A stretch of 64,000 nt of DNA from Xanthobacteraceae bacterium (GTDB lineage Bacteria > Pseudomonadota > Alphaproteobacteria > Rhizobiales > Xanthobacteraceae). The notes beneath the pieces are model-generated. The model searched no databases. It was not told the origin of the DNA and saw only the letters and a list, made by a program, of their open reading frames with translations. Both the position numbers and the translations under genes were made by a program. Below, one piece after another: positions 18,790 through 28,151 of this stretch (positions are counted from its first letter, which is position 1; each line of letters starts with the position of its first letter). Where the stretch lies: positions 177,426 to 241,425 of the forward strand of contig DASTKH010000041.1 in NCBI GenBank assembly GCA_035716025.1. The letters run 5' to 3'.

Positions 18790-19767
18790 ATGTTGAAGCC
18801 CAGCAAGAGCTCCGGAGCCGGTGGTCGCGCTGCCCTTCGGCCCGTCGCCGTGCTGATCCCCTGCTACAACGAGGAAACCGCGATCGGCCGAGTGGTCGCC
18901 GATTTTCGCGCCGCCCTGCCGACCGCCGATATTTACGTCTACGACAACAACTCGGCCGACCGCACTGCCGAGGTGGCGGGTTCCGCCGGCGCCCTCGTGC
19001 GCCGCGAAACCCTGAAGGGCAAGGGCAATGTCGTGCGGCGGATGTTCGCGGACGTGGATGCGGAGGTCTACGTCCTGGTCGATGGCGATGCGACCTATGA
19101 TGCCGTCAGCGCACCCGGCATGGTAGCCCGCCTTGTGGCCGACCGACTCGATATGGTGGTCGGTGCCCGCGTCGGCCGCGAGGAATTGGCCTATCCGCGC
19201 GGACACCGGGTCGGCAATTGGCTGCTCACGCGCGCGGTTGCCGACATGTTCGGTCGCGCCTTCTCGGATGTGCTGTCGGGCTACCGGGTCTTTTCACGCC
19301 GTTATGTAAAGTCCTTTCCGGCGCTCTCGCGCGGGTTCGAGATCGAGATCGAACTGACCGTGCATGCGCTTGAACTCGGGCTGCCGGTTGCCGAGACGTC
19401 CACGCCCTATTTCGCGCGACCCGTCGGTTCGGCCTCCAAGCTCAACACGTGGCGCGACGGCCTCCGCATCGCGTGGACGATTCTGCGACTTTACAAGTCG
19501 GAGCGGCCACTGCGTTTCTTCGGTTCGATCGGCGCGATCCTGGCCGTCACGGCCGTTATGCTCGCGCTGCCGCTTGTCGTCACCTTCATGCGAGAGGGGC
19601 TGGTGCCGCGCCTGCCGACGGCGATTCTCTCGACCGGCCTGATGCTGCTTGCTTTTCTGTCGTTGACCTGCGGGCTCATTCTCAGCACGGTCACGCGCGG
19701 ACGGCGCGAAATGAAGCGGCTCGCCTATCTGGCCCAGCCCGCGCCGGGCGGATGCGATCGGGAATGA
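18790..19767 (+). CDS. Family-2 glycosyltransferase (GtrB/DPM1-like polyprenol-phosphate glycosyltransferase) with C-terminal TM helices
   Basis: VAVLIPCYNEETAIGRVV...YVYDNNSADRT...VLVDGDATYD plus two C-terminal hydrophobic helices. The start is at in-frame ATG 18790 of track ORF 17776..19767. Confidence 0.8.
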   Translation: MLKPSKSSGAGGRAALRPVAVLIPCYNEETAIGRVVADFRAALPTADIYVYDNNSADRTAEVAGSAGALVRRETLKGKGNVVRRMFADVDAEVYVLVDGDATYDAVSAPGMVARLVADRLDMVVGARVGREELAYPRGHRVGNWLLTRAVADMFGRAFSDVLSGYRVFSRRYVKSFPALSRGFEIEIELTVHALELGLPVAETSTPYFARPVGSASKLNTWRDGLRIAWTILRLYKSERPLRFFGSIGAILAVTAVMLALPLVVTFMREGLVPRLPTAILSTGLMLLAFLSLTCGLILSTVTRGRREMKRLAYLAQPAPGGCDRE

Positions 19768-20006
19768 GGCAAGCGATGCGCGAAGTCATCCGCAGCAACG
19801 ATCCGGTGCTCTTGTCCGCCGTCGGCGCGCTGCTCGATGCCGCGCAGATTCGGCACGTCGTGCTGGACGGGCATATGAGCGTGCTCGAAGGGTCGATCGG
19901 CATTCTCGCGCGCCGCCTCCTGGTGTCCGACGAGGACGCCGGGCGCGCACGTCGGCTTCTTGAGGAGGCCGGGTTCGGCCATGAACTGCGGCCCGATGAC
20001 GCCTAG
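19764..20006 (+). CDS. DUF2007-like small protein
   Basis: 80 aa, MRQAMREVIRSNDPVLLSAVGALLDAAQIRHVVLDGHMS...ARRLLEEAG. The ATG overlaps the GT2 stop (ATGA). Confidence 0.65.
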   Translation: MRQAMREVIRSNDPVLLSAVGALLDAAQIRHVVLDGHMSVLEGSIGILARRLLVSDEDAGRARRLLEEAGFGHELRPDDA

Positions 20007-20778
20007 CAGCGGGCCCCGCGAGGTGACGGACGATGCGGCCCTGGGCGGCCGGCTGCGCCTCTTCCAGCCTCGTCGCGGGCACCGTTTCGGCCACGACGCC
20101 ATGCTGCTCGCGGCCGCCGCCGGCGCCGCCCCGGGCGACCGGATCGCAGATTTCGGAGCCGGCGTGGGCGCGGCCGGGCTTGCCCTCGCGGTCCGCGTGC
20201 CGGGTTCCCGCCTCACGCTCGTGGAACACGATGCCGCCCTCGTGGTTCTCGCGGAGGAAAACATCCGTCGCAACGGATTGGCGGATCGCATCCGTGCCGT
20301 CGCGCTCGATGTGGCGAGCCCGGCTGCGGCCTTCGCGGCGGCCGGACTGGCTCCGAATGCGTTCGAGGGGGTGATCATGAACCCACCTTTCAACGACCCC
20401 GTCCGCCTTCCGCCGGCCCCCGATCCCGCGCGCGCGGGGGCGCATGCCGCGGGCCCGGACACGCTTGCCGTCTGGTGCCGCGCCGCGCGGAGACTGCTTG
20501 CCGCGTCAGGGCGGCTGACGCTGATCTGGCAGGCCGAAGGACTTGCGGACGTGCTCGCCGTCCTGGCGCGGGGATTCGGTGGGGTTGCCGTGCTGCCCGT
20601 GCATCCGCGGCCGGGTGCGCCGGCCATCCGCGTGCTCGTCGGCGCCGTGAAGGGAAGCCGCGCGCCGCTTCGCCTGCTGCCGGGTCTGGTGCTCGCCGAG
20701 ACCGACGGCCGCCCTTCTGCGCTGGCCGAGCGCGTTTTGCGGGACGCCGCGCCGCTGCCGCTCGGAGTCTCGACGTAG
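19981..20778 (+). CDS. SAM-dependent N6-adenine methyltransferase, TrmN6/YfiC-like
   Basis: FQPRRGHRFGHDAMLLAA, SAM-binding DFGAGVGAAGLALA, and catalytic NPPF (VIMNPPFN). The start is ambiguous: 19960, 19981 or 19996. Confidence 0.75.
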   Translation: MNCGPMTPSSGPREVTDDAALGGRLRLFQPRRGHRFGHDAMLLAAAAGAAPGDRIADFGAGVGAAGLALAVRVPGSRLTLVEHDAALVVLAEENIRRNGLADRIRAVALDVASPAAAFAAAGLAPNAFEGVIMNPPFNDPVRLPPAPDPARAGAHAAGPDTLAVWCRAARRLLAASGRLTLIWQAEGLADVLAVLARGFGGVAVLPVHPRPGAPAIRVLVGAVKGSRAPLRLLPGLVLAETDGRPSALAERVLRDAAPLPLGVST

Positions 20779-20794
20779 CACCCTTCTTTCTGCG

Positions 20795-21724
20795 ATGGTG
20801 GAGCAGCGCCGATTGGCGGCAGGAGTCACCGTGGTCGCGTCACAGGCCGGACAAGACCCCCGGAAGCAATGGCGCAGGGCGCTGCCGCGCTGGCTCGGCG
20901 GAAACGCGCCGGTGGTGCCGGTGGTGCGTCTGATCGGGCTCATCGGCTTCTCGACCCCGCTGCGCCCCGGCCTGACGCTCGCCGCCTGTGCGCGTGCGAT
21001 CGACAAGGCTTTTGCCTACCGCCGGCCCGCGGCGGTCGCCGTCGTGGTCAATTCGCCGGGGGGATCGGCCGCACAGGCGCATCTGATCTCTCGACGCATC
21101 CGCCAATTGGCGGCCGCGAAGGGAGTGGCAGTCCTTGCCTTCGTCGAGGACGTGGCGGCCTCCGGCGGCTACATGGTGGCGTGCGCGGCCGATGAGATCG
21201 TGGCCGACGAGAACTCCGTCGTCGGCTCGATCGGCGTCGTGGGAGGCTCCTTCGGCTTCAGCAAGCTCATGGAGAAGCTGGGCGTCGAGCGGCGGCTTTA
21301 TACGTCGGGGGAGCGCAAGGCGATGCTCGACCCGTTCCTGCCAGAGAACCCCGAGGACGTGGCCCGGCTCAAGGCGATGCAGCGCGAAATCCATGACAAC
21401 TTCATCGCCCTGGTGCGCGAAAGCCGGGGCGCGCGGCTGCGGGAAAGCGAAGCCGACCTGTTCTCCGGCGAATTCTGGACCGGTCGGCGGGCTCTGGCGC
21501 TCGGTCTCGTGGATGCGATCGGCGATCTGCGGTCGGTGCTGCGCGCGCGATTCGGCGAGGACGTGCGGATGCCGTTGGTGGGAGGCGGCCGGACCATGTT
21601 CGGAAGGCCGCTTCCCGGCGTTGCCGCGGCGACGGACTCCGCGCCTTTCTCGCGCCCAACTCTCGCAGAAGATTGGATTTCAAGCTTGGAGGCACGGGCC
21701 TTGTGGAGCCGCTACGGCCTGTGA
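20795..21724 (+). CDS. sppA: Signal peptide peptidase SppA, 36K type (S49 peptidase)
   Basis: VVNSPGGSAAQAHLI...VAASGGYMVACAADEIVADENSVVGSIGVV, typical of S49. Confidence 0.85.
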   Translation: MVEQRRLAAGVTVVASQAGQDPRKQWRRALPRWLGGNAPVVPVVRLIGLIGFSTPLRPGLTLAACARAIDKAFAYRRPAAVAVVVNSPGGSAAQAHLISRRIRQLAAAKGVAVLAFVEDVAASGGYMVACAADEIVADENSVVGSIGVVGGSFGFSKLMEKLGVERRLYTSGERKAMLDPFLPENPEDVARLKAMQREIHDNFIALVRESRGARLRESEADLFSGEFWTGRRALALGLVDAIGDLRSVLRARFGEDVRMPLVGGGRTMFGRPLPGVAAATDSAPFSRPTLAEDWISSLEARALWSRYGL

Positions 21725-21765
21725 CACCCTGCGCCGCGTCACGCATTCAACACGAGGAATTGCTG

Positions 21766-21963
21766 ATGCCCTTCGCGATCCCCCCTGCGCTGGCACTGAT
21801 GCTGGGCTTCGTCGGGTCGGTGGCTCTGGTCCGCTGGGTGGCGAAGGAGGCGCGCCGAATCAACGATACGTTGCATCCTTGGCGGGCGGATGCCGCCGGC
21901 GATGCGGAGTTCATCATCAAGCTTAAGCGCGATCCGGTCAGCGGCGTCTACCGGCCCGAATAA
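21766..21963 (+). CDS. Small membrane-anchored hypothetical protein (65 aa)
   Basis: GAGGA lies 7 nt upstream of the ATG. The protein has an N-terminal hydrophobic helix (MPFAIPPALALMLGFVGSVALV) and a charged tail. Confidence 0.45.
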   Translation: MPFAIPPALALMLGFVGSVALVRWVAKEARRINDTLHPWRADAAGDAEFIIKLKRDPVSGVYRPE

Positions 21964-22135
21964 CCGGCACGGGCCGCAGGTTCAGCCCCGGAAAGAGATC
22001 TGGCTTCGTGCCGGCGGCCTGCGCTGCCGTCGGCCGGTACGGCCGGAAAAGCGCAACCTCGCGAGCGAGAAGGTGACCGAGAATGGTGAGGCCGGTGACG
22101 CTTCCGACCAGAACGACGTAAAGCGCGAACAGCAT
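21938..22135 (-). CDS. Possible small membrane protein (65 aa)
   Basis: GGAGGA lies 4 nt upstream of the ATG. The N-terminal helix is [23 protein letters not shown]. Its 3' end overlaps the 3' end of the opposite-strand small ORF by 26 nt, so at most moderately supported. Confidence 0.3.
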   Translation of the reverse strand: MLFALYVVLVGSVTGLTILGHLLAREVALFRPYRPTAAQAAGTKPDLFPGLNLRPVPVIRAGRRR

Positions 22136-22166
22136 CGGTTCCTCCCCGCGGAACAAAGCAGCCCGA

Positions 22167-22256
22167 TCAGCGGTCCGGGGACGAGGAGCGCCCCGACACC
22201 AGGGATGCCAGGAACAGGAGCGCTCCGAACAGTCCAACGATCTGGAACATGAGCAT
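22167..22256 (-). CDS. Possible 29-aa hydrophobic micro-protein
   Basis: [29 protein letters not shown] is a single TM-like helix. It lies 31 nt upstream of the previous small ORF on the same strand. The RBS is weak. Confidence 0.2.
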   Translation of the reverse strand: MLMFQIVGLFGALLFLASLVSGRSSSPDR

Positions 22257-22478
22257 GAAGTGCTTCCGTGCTTGCCGTCCGTCGGTCGCCTCAGCGCCGC
22301 GCACGGTTCGAAATCCGACGAAGCGCATACTAGGCGCCTTCGGTTTCCGCTTTGTGTCCGGATCGGTTTCGGGGACGAAACACGCCGCCTTGACCATGCG
22401 GGAGAGCCTCCGATAGGGTCCGCGCGCGCCGGCTCGGGCCGGCTTGGCCGCCTCTTTTTCCGCAGAACGAACTCGGCA

Positions 22479-23423
22479 ATGAGCGCAGATCTGCCGCCGC
22501 ACATGCGCCCTGAACGATCGTTCCAAGGGCTGATTCTTGCACTTCAGCGGTTCTGGGCGGATTGGGGATGCGTGATCCTCCAGCCGTACGACATGGAGGT
22601 GGGGGCCGGCACCTTCCATCCGGCGACGACCCTGCGGGCGCTCGGTCCGCGCCCGTGGAACGCGGCTTATGTCCAGCCGTCGCGCCGGCCGAAGGACGGC
22701 CGCTATGGCGAGAACCCGAACCGGCTCCAGCACTATTACCAATTCCAGGTGATCCTGAAGCCGTCGCCGCCTGACCTGCAGGACCTCTATCTCAAGTCGC
22801 TCTATGCGATCGGCATCGACCCGGCGCTGCACGACATCCGCTTCGTCGAGGACGACTGGGAAAGCCCGACCCTCGGCGCCTGGGGACTCGGCTGGGAATG
22901 CTGGTGCGACGGCATGGAGGTGTCGCAGTTCACCTATTTCCAGCAGGTCGCCGGCTTCGAGTGCCGGCCGGTCTCGGGCGAACTGACTTACGGTCTCGAG
23001 CGCCTTGCGATGTATGTGCAGGGGGTCGAGAACGTCTACGACCTCAATTTCAACGGTCGCGAGGACGACCGCAAGGTCACGTACGGTGAGATCTTCCTGC
23101 AGGCCGAGCAGGAATACTCAAGGCACAATTTCGAGCATGCCGACACCGACATGCTGTTCGAGCAGTTCAAGATGGCCGAGGCAGCCTGCCGGAAATATCT
23201 CGAGGCCGGCTGGAGCGACGGAACGGCGGGCGCAACCGGCCGCCGCCACCTGATGGCCCTGCCCGCCTACGATCAGTGCATCAAGGCGAGCCACGTGTTC
23301 AATCTTCTGGATGCGCGCGGCGTGATCTCGGTTACGGAACGCCAGAGCTACATTTTGCGCGTGCGCGAACTCGCGAAGGGCTGTGGCGAAGCGTGGCTTT
23401 CGACGGAAGGGGGCGGAGGCTAG
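22479..23423 (+). CDS. glyQ: Glycine--tRNA ligase alpha subunit
   Basis: [43 protein letters not shown]...[11 protein letters not shown]...[19 protein letters not shown]. The start is at in-frame ATG 22479. Confidence 0.95.
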   Translation: MSADLPPHMRPERSFQGLILALQRFWADWGCVILQPYDMEVGAGTFHPATTLRALGPRPWNAAYVQPSRRPKDGRYGENPNRLQHYYQFQVILKPSPPDLQDLYLKSLYAIGIDPALHDIRFVEDDWESPTLGAWGLGWECWCDGMEVSQFTYFQQVAGFECRPVSGELTYGLERLAMYVQGVENVYDLNFNGREDDRKVTYGEIFLQAEQEYSRHNFEHADTDMLFEQFKMAEAACRKYLEAGWSDGTAGATGRRHLMALPAYDQCIKASHVFNLLDARGVISVTERQSYILRVRELAKGCGEAWLSTEGGGG

Positions 23424-23570
23424 CGGGCGGCGCCCCCGCCGCCGCGCGCCAAACCTGCGGGGAGCGCGGGTCGCTACCGTTTGCGCGGAATTTGGATTAC
23501 GAGGGGCCGCCGGCCGCCGAGAATGACGTTTTCGCTTCGAACCGAAGACCAGAGAAGAGTTTCCGAACGC

Positions 23571-25805
23571 ATGCCTGACCTCCTCATCGAACTCTTCTCC
23601 GAGGAAATTCCCGCCCGGATGCAGGTCAAGGCGGCCGAAGACCTGAAGGCGCTGGTGACCGATCGGCTGGTCGAGGCGGGCGTGCTTTACGAGGGCGCCC
23701 GGGCCTTCGCCACGCCGCGCCGGCTCGCGCTCTGGGTGCAAGGGCTGCCGGCAAATCAGCCGGACCGGCGGGAAGAGCGCCGCGGCCCGCGGGTCGGCGC
23801 TCCCGATAAGGCCATTCAGGGGTTTCTGAAGAGCGCAGGTCTGTCGTCGATTACGGAAGCTCGGATCGAAAAAGACTCCAAGAAGGGTGAATTCTACGTG
23901 GCCCTGGTGGAGAAGCCCGGGCGCCCGCTGATCGATCTGCTCGGCGAAATCCTTCCCGCGGTAATCCGCGATTTCCCCTGGCCGAAATCGATGCGCTGGG
24001 GCGGCGGCGAGCTCGCCTGGGTGCGCCCGCTGCATTCGGTGCTCGCAACCTTCGGGCCGGAGACCGAAGAGCCGGAAGTGGTGAAGTTTTCCGTCGATGG
24101 GCTTGCCGCCGGCAATCTGACCCGTGGTCACCGCTTCCTTGCGCCGGACAGTTTCACCGTCCGCCGGTTCGACGACTATGCGGTGAAGCTGGAGCGCGCG
24201 AAGGTCGTGCTCGATTTCGCGCGGCGCCAAGAGATCATTCTCGCGGATGCGCGCAATCTCGCCTTTGCCCAGGGATACGAGCTTGTCGAGGATCCCGCGC
24301 TTCTTGCCGAGGTCGCAGGCCTCGTCGAGTGGCCGGTGGTGCTGATGGGCACGTTCGACGCGAGCTTCCTCGCCATTCCGGAGGAGGTCATCCGTGCCAC
24401 GATCCGCAATAACCAAAAGTGCTTCGTCATGCGCAAGGCGGACGGTGCGCTCGCGCCGCGCTTCATTCTGGTCGCCAATACCGAGGCTGCCGACGGCGGT
24501 CGCGCCATCGTGGCGGGGAACGAACGGGTGATCCGCGCGCGGCTCGCCGACGCCAAGTTCTTTTACGAGACCGACCTCAAGACGCGGCTCGAGCACCGCC
24601 TGCCGAAACTTCAGGAAATCGTGTTTCACGAAAGGCTCGGCACGCAGGCGGAACGCGTCGAGAGGATCGAGCGGCTCGCGCGGGAACTCGCGCCCGTTGC
24701 GGGCGCCGATCCCGACGCGGCGGCGCGGGCGGCGCGCCTCGCGAAAGCCGATCTCGTTACGGAAATGGTCGGCGAATTTCCCGAGCTTCAGGGCGTGATG
24801 GGCCGCTATTACGCGGCGGCGCAAGGCGAGGACGAAAGCGTGGCGCGCGCCATCGAGGAACACTATAAGCCGCTCGGTCCTTCCGACCGCGTGCCGCGCG
24901 AACCGGTTTCGGTGGCCGTCGCGCTCGCCGACAAGATCGACACGCTGGTCGGGTTCTGGGCGATCGGCGAGAAGCCGACCGGCAGCAAGGACCCTTACGC
25001 GCTGCGCCGGGCAGCGCTCGGGGTGATCCGCATCGTCCTCGACAACGAGCTGCGGCTCAACCTGCAGCCGGCACTCTGGCGGCATTTCGCGGTCGTGCGC
25101 CGCGACGAGGCGCTGGCCGAAGCCGTGGCGCATCTCGAAACGCTGCAGGACGATATCCGGGCGCTCAGCACCTCCGACATCGAGCTTGCCATCAAGCTCG
25201 AAGTTCTGGTGTCGCAGAGCGGTGTCGCGCAGGTGATGCGCGAGAGTCTCGTGCAGGCGCACGGCGACCTGAACGAGGCAGCCGATCTCCTGGCATTCTT
25301 CGCCGACCGGCTCAAGGTGCAGTTGCGCGAGCAGGGCGCGCGGCACGATCTGGTCGATGCCGTTTTCGCCCTCGAGGGGCAGGACGATCTCGTTCTCATC
25401 GTCCGCCGCATCGAGGCGCTGGGGCGCTTCCTCGAAACGGATGACGGCAAGAACCTGCTCGCGGGCTACCGGCGGGCCGCCAACATCATCCGTATCGAGG
25501 AGCGGCGGGACGGCCGAACCTTTGCGGACGCGCCGCGGCCGAGCCTCTACGAGCTTGTCGAAGAGCGCGCTCTCGCCGATGCCATCGCCGCGGCGAAAGA
25601 GGAGGCCGCTGCCGCGGTGGCCCGCGAGGACTTCGCGGGTGCCATGGCCGCCATGGCCCGGCTCCGGCCCTTCGTTGATGCCTTCTTCGAGAACGTCACG
25701 GTCAATGTTGACCGGCCGGAGACCCGCGAGAACCGTCTGAAGCTCCTCAACGAAATTCGCGCGGCGACGCGCGCCGTGGCCGATTTTTCCAGGATCGAGG
25801 GCTGA
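23571..25805 (+). CDS. glyS: Glycine--tRNA ligase beta subunit
   Basis: [18 protein letters not shown]... is the canonical GlyS N-terminus. The ORF is 744 aa from ATG 23571. Confidence 0.95.
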   Translation: MPDLLIELFSEEIPARMQVKAAEDLKALVTDRLVEAGVLYEGARAFATPRRLALWVQGLPANQPDRREERRGPRVGAPDKAIQGFLKSAGLSSITEARIEKDSKKGEFYVALVEKPGRPLIDLLGEILPAVIRDFPWPKSMRWGGGELAWVRPLHSVLATFGPETEEPEVVKFSVDGLAAGNLTRGHRFLAPDSFTVRRFDDYAVKLERAKVVLDFARRQEIILADARNLAFAQGYELVEDPALLAEVAGLVEWPVVLMGTFDASFLAIPEEVIRATIRNNQKCFVMRKADGALAPRFILVANTEAADGGRAIVAGNERVIRARLADAKFFYETDLKTRLEHRLPKLQEIVFHERLGTQAERVERIERLARELAPVAGADPDAAARAARLAKADLVTEMVGEFPELQGVMGRYYAAAQGEDESVARAIEEHYKPLGPSDRVPREPVSVAVALADKIDTLVGFWAIGEKPTGSKDPYALRRAALGVIRIVLDNELRLNLQPALWRHFAVVRRDEALAEAVAHLETLQDDIRALSTSDIELAIKLEVLVSQSGVAQVMRESLVQAHGDLNEAADLLAFFADRLKVQLREQGARHDLVDAVFALEGQDDLVLIVRRIEALGRFLETDDGKNLLAGYRRAANIIRIEERRDGRTFADAPRPSLYELVEERALADAIAAAKEEAAAAVAREDFAGAMAAMARLRPFVDAFFENVTVNVDRPETRENRLKLLNEIRAATRAVADFSRIEG

Positions 25806-25968
25806 CCGCACCCGCGTCAAATCGCGCGACTCTGCCGCAAATCGGTCCAGGCGCCGTTACCTTCCGGAAACCATGTCTGCAAGTCGCGGATAGCCGCCGG
25901 GGTGCGTTCCGCGTTGTGCTTAGCCGCGGGCTTACCGGGGCACGGTGCGAGGCGGATGGGAGGGCACG

Positions 25969-26553
25969 ATGCTGCAGCAGGCGATTTCGCTCAACAGCAG
26001 CGCAGTTCGGGCGCTGCTGCGCGCTCACGGCGCGCGGGAAGACGTGTTGGATGCGGTGTTGACGCTCTACGACCACGTGCGTCCTGCGCACGCGATGGAA
26101 GAGCCCGATGCGGCGAGCGATCTCGCCGAGGCCTTCCGCTGGGCCGAAGCCTTCGACCGCCTGCTCGCAAGCGAGGACGGCCGCGCCTTGCTTTCAAGCT
26201 ATCGCCACGCGGCGCAAATTCTCGCCGCAGCCGCGGCGCGGGACGGGAAGACCTACGAAGAGAAGCCGCAGCCCGCTCTCTACCGCCGCAAAGAAGAGCG
26301 CGAGCTTGCCGTCGCCATGGCCCTATGCCGGCGCGAGACGGAGGGTGCACTCGCGCGTGGGGATTTCGGCCTGGCGATGCGGGCAGTGGCGTGCCTGCGC
26401 CCCTTCGTCGAGGCGTTCATGGACCGCGTCGAATTCCAGTCCTGCGTCCTCGACCTGCGGGAGAACCGGCTGCGGCTTCTGCAGGAGCTCTGCTCCGTTC
26501 TCGGTCTTGCCGGCGATTTCGGGAAGATCGAGGAGCGGGATCAGGCTGCCTGA
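25969..26553 (+). CDS. Stand-alone paralog of the GlyS C-terminal (anticodon-binding, DALR-type) domain
   Basis: 194 aa. A GGAGG core ends 5 nt upstream of ATG 25969. The last 120 aa align without gaps to the last 120 aa of GlyS, with 54 identities counted by hand, including LRPFV[DE]AF, RENRL[KR]LL and DFxxIE. Confidence 0.75.
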   Translation: MLQQAISLNSSAVRALLRAHGAREDVLDAVLTLYDHVRPAHAMEEPDAASDLAEAFRWAEAFDRLLASEDGRALLSSYRHAAQILAAAAARDGKTYEEKPQPALYRRKEERELAVAMALCRRETEGALARGDFGLAMRAVACLRPFVEAFMDRVEFQSCVLDLRENRLRLLQELCSVLGLAGDFGKIEERDQAA

Positions 26554-26670
26554 TCCCGCTGTCCACGCCCCCTTTCCGTCCAAAGCCAGCCCGTTGGATC
26601 GGGGCGATCCGCGACGGGACCTGTGGTAAGGAGGAACCTCCCGCCGTTTCCTCCCTACGGGCCCCGATCC

Positions 26671-27018
26671 ATGTCGCTTCCCAGCGCGCTGACGCCAATT
26701 CTTCTGCTTGCCTGCTCGAACGTGTTCATGACCTTCGCCTGGTACGGGCACCTCAAGTACAAGTCCTCGCCCTTGGCTTTCGCGGTCCTGGCGAGCTGGG
26801 GCATCGCGTTCATCGAGTATTGGTTTGCAGTGCCGGCGAACCGCCTCGGTAGCGCCGTCTATACGACTGCCCAGCTCAAGACGATTCAGGAGATCGTCAC
26901 TCTCGTCGTGTTCGCGGGCTTTTCGATCCTCTATCTGAAAGAGTCGTTCACCTGGAATTACGCCGTGGGCTTCGCGTTCATTGCCGCCGGCGCCTTCTTC
27001 GTGTTTCACCGCTGGTAG
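26671..27018 (+). CDS. Small DMT-superfamily membrane protein (DUF486-like)
   Basis: 115 aa with four predicted TM helices: ILLLACSNVFMTFAWYGHLK...FIEYWFAVPANR...LKTIQEIVTL. Confidence 0.7.
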   Translation: MSLPSALTPILLLACSNVFMTFAWYGHLKYKSSPLAFAVLASWGIAFIEYWFAVPANRLGSAVYTTAQLKTIQEIVTLVVFAGFSILYLKESFTWNYAVGFAFIAAGAFFVFHRW

Positions 27019-27122
27019 CGCCGCTCGCCCCGGTGCGGCCGGCCGCGGCCGGCGGCCAAAGCTTGCGGCTGCGCCGTCGACGTGACAGCATCCGCCGCAA
27101 TTCGTTCCCATTTGACGGACCC

Positions 27123-28151
27123 ATGCCCCGCCGCCTAGCCTGGACCTCCCTTTCGGACGAGGACCTGCTCAAAGTCCGTTTCAAGGACCTCAAGATCGGC
27201 ATTAAGGGCACGTGGCTCGAAGCCTGCGTCGCCGAGGTCAAGCAGGAGCTCGACGAACGCGGCGTGCGGGTCAAGCCGCATGTCTGGCTTTCCGACGAAT
27301 GGTTCAGCCCCGACAACACCCCCGGCATCGCCATTCCCTTCTATCTTGCGCATCCGCGGCTGATGCGGCTCGAGCGCAAGATGATCCTCGACGTCGAGGG
27401 CGGCACCGAGCAGGAGTGCAAGCGCATTCTGCGGCACGAGGCCGGCCACGTCGTGCAGCACGCCTATCAGTTGCAGCGCCGCAGGCGCTGGATCGACATT
27501 TTCGGCAGTTCGTCGATCCGCTATCCGCGCTCCTATCGCCCCAACCCGGCGAGCAAGAATTACGTGCAACATCTGCCGCTCTGGTATGCGCAGGCGCATC
27601 CTGACGAGGACTTCGCGGAGACGTTCGCCGTTTGGCTTTCGCCGCGCTCCGACTGGCGCAATCGGTATGCGGGCTGGCCCGCGCTCAGGAAGCTCGAATA
27701 TGTGGACGAGCTGATGTCAGAGATTGCCGGGCAGAAGGTCGTGCTCGCTCGTCGCGTCAAGGTCGATCCGATCAGCGAAATGACGCAGACGCTCGGCGAG
27801 CATTACGAGCGCAAACGCGCCAACTATTTGACGGCGGCGCCGAAGACATACGACAAGGACCTGTTGCGGATCTTTTCGACGGACGAGGGCCGGTACAGGC
27901 GGTGGCCGACCGCGGCCTCGTTTCTGACCCGCAACCGCGTAAAAATGCGTCGCCTCGTCGCGAAATGGACCGAAGAGCACCAGCTCACGCTCGACGCCAT
28001 ATTGGACGACATGATCGCTCGCTGCCGCGAGCTCAAACTTCGCGCGGTCGGATCGGAGAGCAAGTTGCGGACGGAGTTTACCGTGTTGTGGACCGCGCAA
28101 ACCGTGCACTTGCACTACAGCGAGTCACGGCGGAAATGGTTTGCATTATGA
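27123..28151 (+). CDS. Putative zinc metallopeptidase (HExxH; Peptidase_Mx-like)
   Basis: 342 aa. HEAGH at 27435-27449 is followed by VQH, with a downstream DEDFAETFAVW. The stop overlaps the next gene's ATG. Confidence 0.7.
   Translation: MPRRLAWTSLSDEDLLKVRFKDLKIGIKGTWLEACVAEVKQELDERGVRVKPHVWLSDEWFSPDNTPGIAIPFYLAHPRLMRLERKMILDVEGGTEQECKRILRHEAGHVVQHAYQLQRRRRWIDIFGSSSIRYPRSYRPNPASKNYVQHLPLWYAQAHPDEDFAETFAVWLSPRSDWRNRYAGWPALRKLEYVDELMSEIAGQKVVLARRVKVDPISEMTQTLGEHYERKRANYLTAAPKTYDKDLLRIFSTDEGRYRRWPTAASFLTRNRVKMRRLVAKWTEEHQLTLDAILDDMIARCRELKLRAVGSESKLRTEFTVLWTAQTVHLHYSESRRKWFAL

Noticed and set aside
22305-22316. GGTTCGAAATCC, resembling a tRNA T-arm/T-loop (GGTTCGAATCC), upstream of glyQ.
   Set aside because: It has one extra base relative to the consensus. 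I could not fold the flanks into acceptor, D and anticodon arms. There is no CCA-compatible 3' end.
25969-26553. The possibility that the GlyS-tail paralog is merely a duplicated pseudogene fragment or an assembly duplication of the glyS 3' end.
   Set aside because: It is not dismissed entirely, but it is disfavoured. The ORF is uninterrupted over 194 codons and has its own Shine-Dalgarno. It is only ~45% identical in protein to the glyS tail, so it cannot be an assembly artefact, and a neutrally decaying copy would be expected to have acquired stops or frameshifts.
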